A stretch of 64,000 nucleotides of DNA from the NCBI GenBank assembly GCA_965249485.1, contig OZ252239.1, forward strand, positions 2,624,001 through 2,688,000. The letters run 5' to 3'. Every line of letters starts with the position of its first letter. Position 1 is the first letter of the stretch. Source of the DNA: a bacterium. Lineage in GTDB: Bacteria > SM23-31. The position numbers and the translations under genes were made by a program. Below are positions 60,804 through 64,000 of this stretch, one piece after another. The notes under the pieces were generated by a model. The model saw only the letters and a list, made by a program, of their open reading frames with translations. It was not told where the DNA came from and ran no database searches.

Positions 60804-63800
60804 ATGCCTTTCCGTATAGAAACTGCAACCCGCAATGACGTTGAAGATGTTGGTGGCAAAAGCCTGCAAACACGAATCAATCAATTTATCAACATCAACA
60901 TTTCCTCAGTCAGAGTGGTTAATGTTTTCATTATAAACCTTCCTCTCTCCCAAGAAGAAGTTGAAAAATCTCGACGTGCGATATTTTATGATCCCGTTAT
61001 TCAGGATGCTTCATTTGATGTCCTCGATACCGGTTTATTTGACTGGTGTGTTGAGGTTAGATTTAAGCACGGTATCACCGATGCTGTAGGAGAAACAGCC
61101 AAAGAAGTAGTCAGCAACTTGTTAAATCGAAAATTTGATATTTCCGAAAAGGTATTTACTGGCAAACAATATAGAATCAGTTCGCCGGATGCTGACATGC
61201 ATCAGATTTCATCTCTTGCACATGATTTTCTTGGTAATAATCTCATCGAATCAATAGACATACAGTCATTTGAACAATGGAAAACATCACCTCCGTTTAA
61301 TGCTGTACCGAAATTTCAATATTCGGAGAAATTCATTATACAAGATTTTGATTTTTCCGTTGATGATAATGTTCTAACTACGTTGAGCAAGGAAAGAACT
61401 TTATCACTTGACCTTGAAGAGATGCAGGCGATACGGAATTACTTTAGCTGTGACAACATCAAAAAATCAAGAGAAAACACCGGTATAAGTGAAAATATCA
61501 CAGATGTCGAGCTTGAAACTCTTGCACAGACATGGTCGGAGCATTGTAAACATAAAATTTTCAACAGTAAAATCCATTATACTGAAAATGGCCAAACTGA
61601 AACGATCGACAGTATTTTCGATACCTATATCAAGGGATCAACTCGTATTATCGATGATCGCGTCCCCTGGATGCTTTCGGTATTCAAGGACAACGCCGGT
61701 GTCATAAAGTTTAATGATAATATCAATCTTGTCTATAAAGTTGAGACACATAATAGTCCTTCTGCGTTAGAACCATATGGTGGTGCTTTGACAGGTATAG
61801 TCGGTGTTAACAGAGATCCGTTAGGTACCGGCATAGGCGCCGAACTGCTATTTAATGTATGGGGGTATTGTTTTGGCTCACCTTTTTACGAAAAACCTGT
61901 TCCTAAAGGTCTTCTTCATCCTTCGAGAATTCGTGAAGGAGTCCACAAAGGAGTAATCGATGGTGGTAATCAGTCTGGTATTCCGTATGGCCGCGGCTGG
62001 GAATATTTCGATGAGAGGTACATCGCAAAACCTATGGTATTCTGTGGGACAGTCGGCAGCATGCCTGCACTTGTATGCGGAAAACCGTCGTATGAGAAAA
62101 ATGCAAACCCTGGTGATAAAATTGTAATGGTCGGTGGTCGAATCGGGAAGGATGGGATTCACGGTGCGACATTTTCATCCGAAGAACTGCATCAGGACTC
62201 ACCTATGCAGGCGGTTCAGATCGGTGATCCGATTACGCAGAAAAAAATGTCAGATTTTATAATTGAATCTCGCGATCTCGGGCTCTATTCTTGTATTACT
62301 GATAATGGAGCTGGAGGATTGTCATCATCCGTAGGAGAAATGGCAGAAATGAGTGGCGGTTGTTTTCTCGATCTTGAAAGGGCACCACTCAAATATGCGG
62401 GATTGGAACCCTGGGAGATTCTTCTTTCAGAGGCACAAGAACGGATGACATTAGCAGTAAGTCCTGCAACATTAAATGACCTGATAAAGTTAGCCGATAA
62501 GCGAGGTGTTGAAGCAACTGTTCTCGGAGAGTTTACCAACTCTGGAAAATTTCACATTGCCTATGGCGCTCAGACAGTAGCATACCTCGATATGGAATTT
62601 TTACATAATGGATTGCCGCAAATGGAGTTGACCGCCATATGGAATCCACCTGATATAGATGAGCCTGAATTTCCTGAACCGGATAATTATAACAGTATTT
62701 TAAAATCGTTGCTTGAGCGGTTGAACATATGCTCAAATGAGGGAAAATCACGGCAGTACGATCACGAAGTGAAAGGTCTTAGTGTTATCAAGCCGTTTGT
62801 AGGTAAAGATATGGATGTGCCTTCCGATGCTTCAATTTTCAATGTTGAATACGGTAGTAAGGAAGGAATTATTCTTGCGGAAGGAAAAAACCCAGGCTAT
62901 TCGGACATAGACACTTACCATATGGCCGCATCGGTTATAGATGAGGCCGTTCGCCGTGTCGTTGGTTCAGGTGGAACACTCGATACAATTGCAGGGCTTG
63001 ATAATTTTTGCTGGCCTGATCCTGTTCAATCTGGGAAAACTCCCGATGGCCATTACAAGCTTGCACAGCTTGTTCGTGCTAACAAAGCGCTTTATGAATA
63101 TACTATCGCATTTTCTGTCCCCTGTATATCGGGTAAAGATTCGATGAAAAACGACTCGATAATGGATGGGACTAAAATATCGATCCCTCCTACACTCCTC
63201 TTTTCCGTTATTGGTAAAATCGATGACATATCAAAAGCCGTCACTATGGACGTAAAAAAACCGGGAGACTTGGTTTATGTTGTTGGTGAAACATTTGCAG
63301 AACTTGGAGGATCGGAATATTACAAATTGCGTGGAGAACAATTGGACCACGCTCCATTTATTGGAAAGTCCATTCCTAAAGTCAATGCAGAATCTGCTGT
63401 AACACTTTACCGTGCAATTGAAAACATTACATCTGATGAGTTGGCACATTCAATTCACACTCCAGTTATGGGTGGTTTAGCCGTTGCTCTTGCAAAAACA
63501 GCATTTGCTGGTGGTTTCGGTATCAATGTGAAACTTGCCGATGTCCCCTACTCCGGAGAATTGCGTGATGACTACATTTTATTTTCTGAATCAAACAGCC
63601 GATATGTGATTACAATTCCTCCCAAAAACAGAAAAAAATTTGAGCAGTTATTGCAAAGAACAAAATATTCTCACATAGGAACAACAACTGAAGATGCAAA
63701 ACTTGCAATTACTGGAAATAAAGGAAACATCATTCTCGAATCGTCACTCGAGGACTTGAAATACGCCTGGAAAGACACATTGAAGGATTTTTATCATGGT

Positions 63801-63809
63801 AGCACCTAA
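60804..63809 (+). CDS. purL: FGAM synthase subunit PurL (with PurS-like N-terminus)
   Basis: QTWSEHCKH, KVETHNSPS, GAGGLSS, LSEAQERM and ISGKDS motifs. Confidence 0.95.
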   Translation: MPFRIETATRNDVEDVGGKSLQTRINQFININISSVRVVNVFIINLPLSQEEVEKSRRAIFYDPVIQDASFDVLDTGLFDWCVEVRFKHGITDAVGETAKEVVSNLLNRKFDISEKVFTGKQYRISSPDADMHQISSLAHDFLGNNLIESIDIQSFEQWKTSPPFNAVPKFQYSEKFIIQDFDFSVDDNVLTTLSKERTLSLDLEEMQAIRNYFSCDNIKKSRENTGISENITDVELETLAQTWSEHCKHKIFNSKIHYTENGQTETIDSIFDTYIKGSTRIIDDRVPWMLSVFKDNAGVIKFNDNINLVYKVETHNSPSALEPYGGALTGIVGVNRDPLGTGIGAELLFNVWGYCFGSPFYEKPVPKGLLHPSRIREGVHKGVIDGGNQSGIPYGRGWEYFDERYIAKPMVFCGTVGSMPALVCGKPSYEKNANPGDKIVMVGGRIGKDGIHGATFSSEELHQDSPMQAVQIGDPITQKKMSDFIIESRDLGLYSCITDNGAGGLSSSVGEMAEMSGGCFLDLERAPLKYAGLEPWEILLSEAQERMTLAVSPATLNDLIKLADKRGVEATVLGEFTNSGKFHIAYGAQTVAYLDMEFLHNGLPQMELTAIWNPPDIDEPEFPEPDNYNSILKSLLERLNICSNEGKSRQYDHEVKGLSVIKPFVGKDMDVPSDASIFNVEYGSKEGIILAEGKNPGYSDIDTYHMAASVIDEAVRRVVGSGGTLDTIAGLDNFCWPDPVQSGKTPDGHYKLAQLVRANKALYEYTIAFSVPCISGKDSMKNDSIMDGTKISIPPTLLFSVIGKIDDISKAVTMDVKKPGDLVYVVGETFAELGGSEYYKLRGEQLDHAPFIGKSIPKVNAESAVTLYRAIENITSDELAHSIHTPVMGGLAVALAKTAFAGGFGINVKLADVPYSGELRDDYILFSESNSRYVITIPPKNRKKFEQLLQRTKYSHIGTTTEDAKLAITGNKGNIILESSLEDLKYAWKDTLKDFYHGST

Positions 63810-64000
63810 GATTTGTATTTTAGCTGGAAATGGTTTTAATTGTGAAAAAGAAACATCCTATGCTTTCTCGCTCTGCGGAGGCGATCCAGTTATTATTCAT
63901 ATGAATGATGTGATTTCCAAAGAAGTGAGCCTGAGCAATTTTCAGGTACTGGCTATTGTGGGTGGCTTCAGCTATGGGGATCATCTGGGAAGTGGTAAGG
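63796..64000 (+). CDS. purQ: FGAM synthase glutaminase subunit PurQ (3' end outside the window)
   Basis: MVAPKICILAGNGFNCEKET...VGGFSYGDHLGSG, overlapping the purL stop. Confidence 0.9.
   Translation, partial: MVAPKICILAGNGFNCEKETSYAFSLCGGDPVIIHMNDVISKEVSLSNFQVLAIVGGFSYGDHLGSGK

Overview
AT-rich bacterial chromosomal window read in the standard genetic code. The outer-membrane barrels, tol-pal TPR protein and peptidase-MA/PD40/BamA protein suggest a diderm anaerobe of or near the FCB superphylum; this is inference only. Most of the window is housekeeping: mreBCD-mrdA-rodA-lgt, purHN, purLQ, mtnA, tgt, rlmB, coaX, a 2-oxoacid:ferredoxin oxidoreductase, tRNA-Ala(GGC) and tRNA-Arg(CCT). There is also a block of secreted hydrolases at about 5.4-13.6 kb. 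The main points of interest are: (1) a magnetosome-type MamK actin 35 nt behind tRNA-Arg, followed by a small coiled-coil gene, a near-perfect 34-bp palindrome, feoB and a ferritin-like gene, with no other mam genes in view, which is a candidate iron/cytoskeleton module; (2) a lysW-lysY unit with an attenuator-like leader, followed by an EgtC-like Ntn hydrolase that could replace LysK; (3) a 3xFxLYD-TPR gene split by an in-frame UGA with a SECIS-like hairpin, upstream of a PilM-PilN fusion; (4) scattered flagellar genes (flgG, a minimal fliC and an uncalled 59-aa flaG), with sigma-28-type promoters before fliC, flaG and one unknown gene; (5) an uncalled Zn-ribbon microprotein coupled to tgt, and a perfect CRP box upstream of an orphan gene. 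Family calls come from recognising motifs by eye; no database searches were run.
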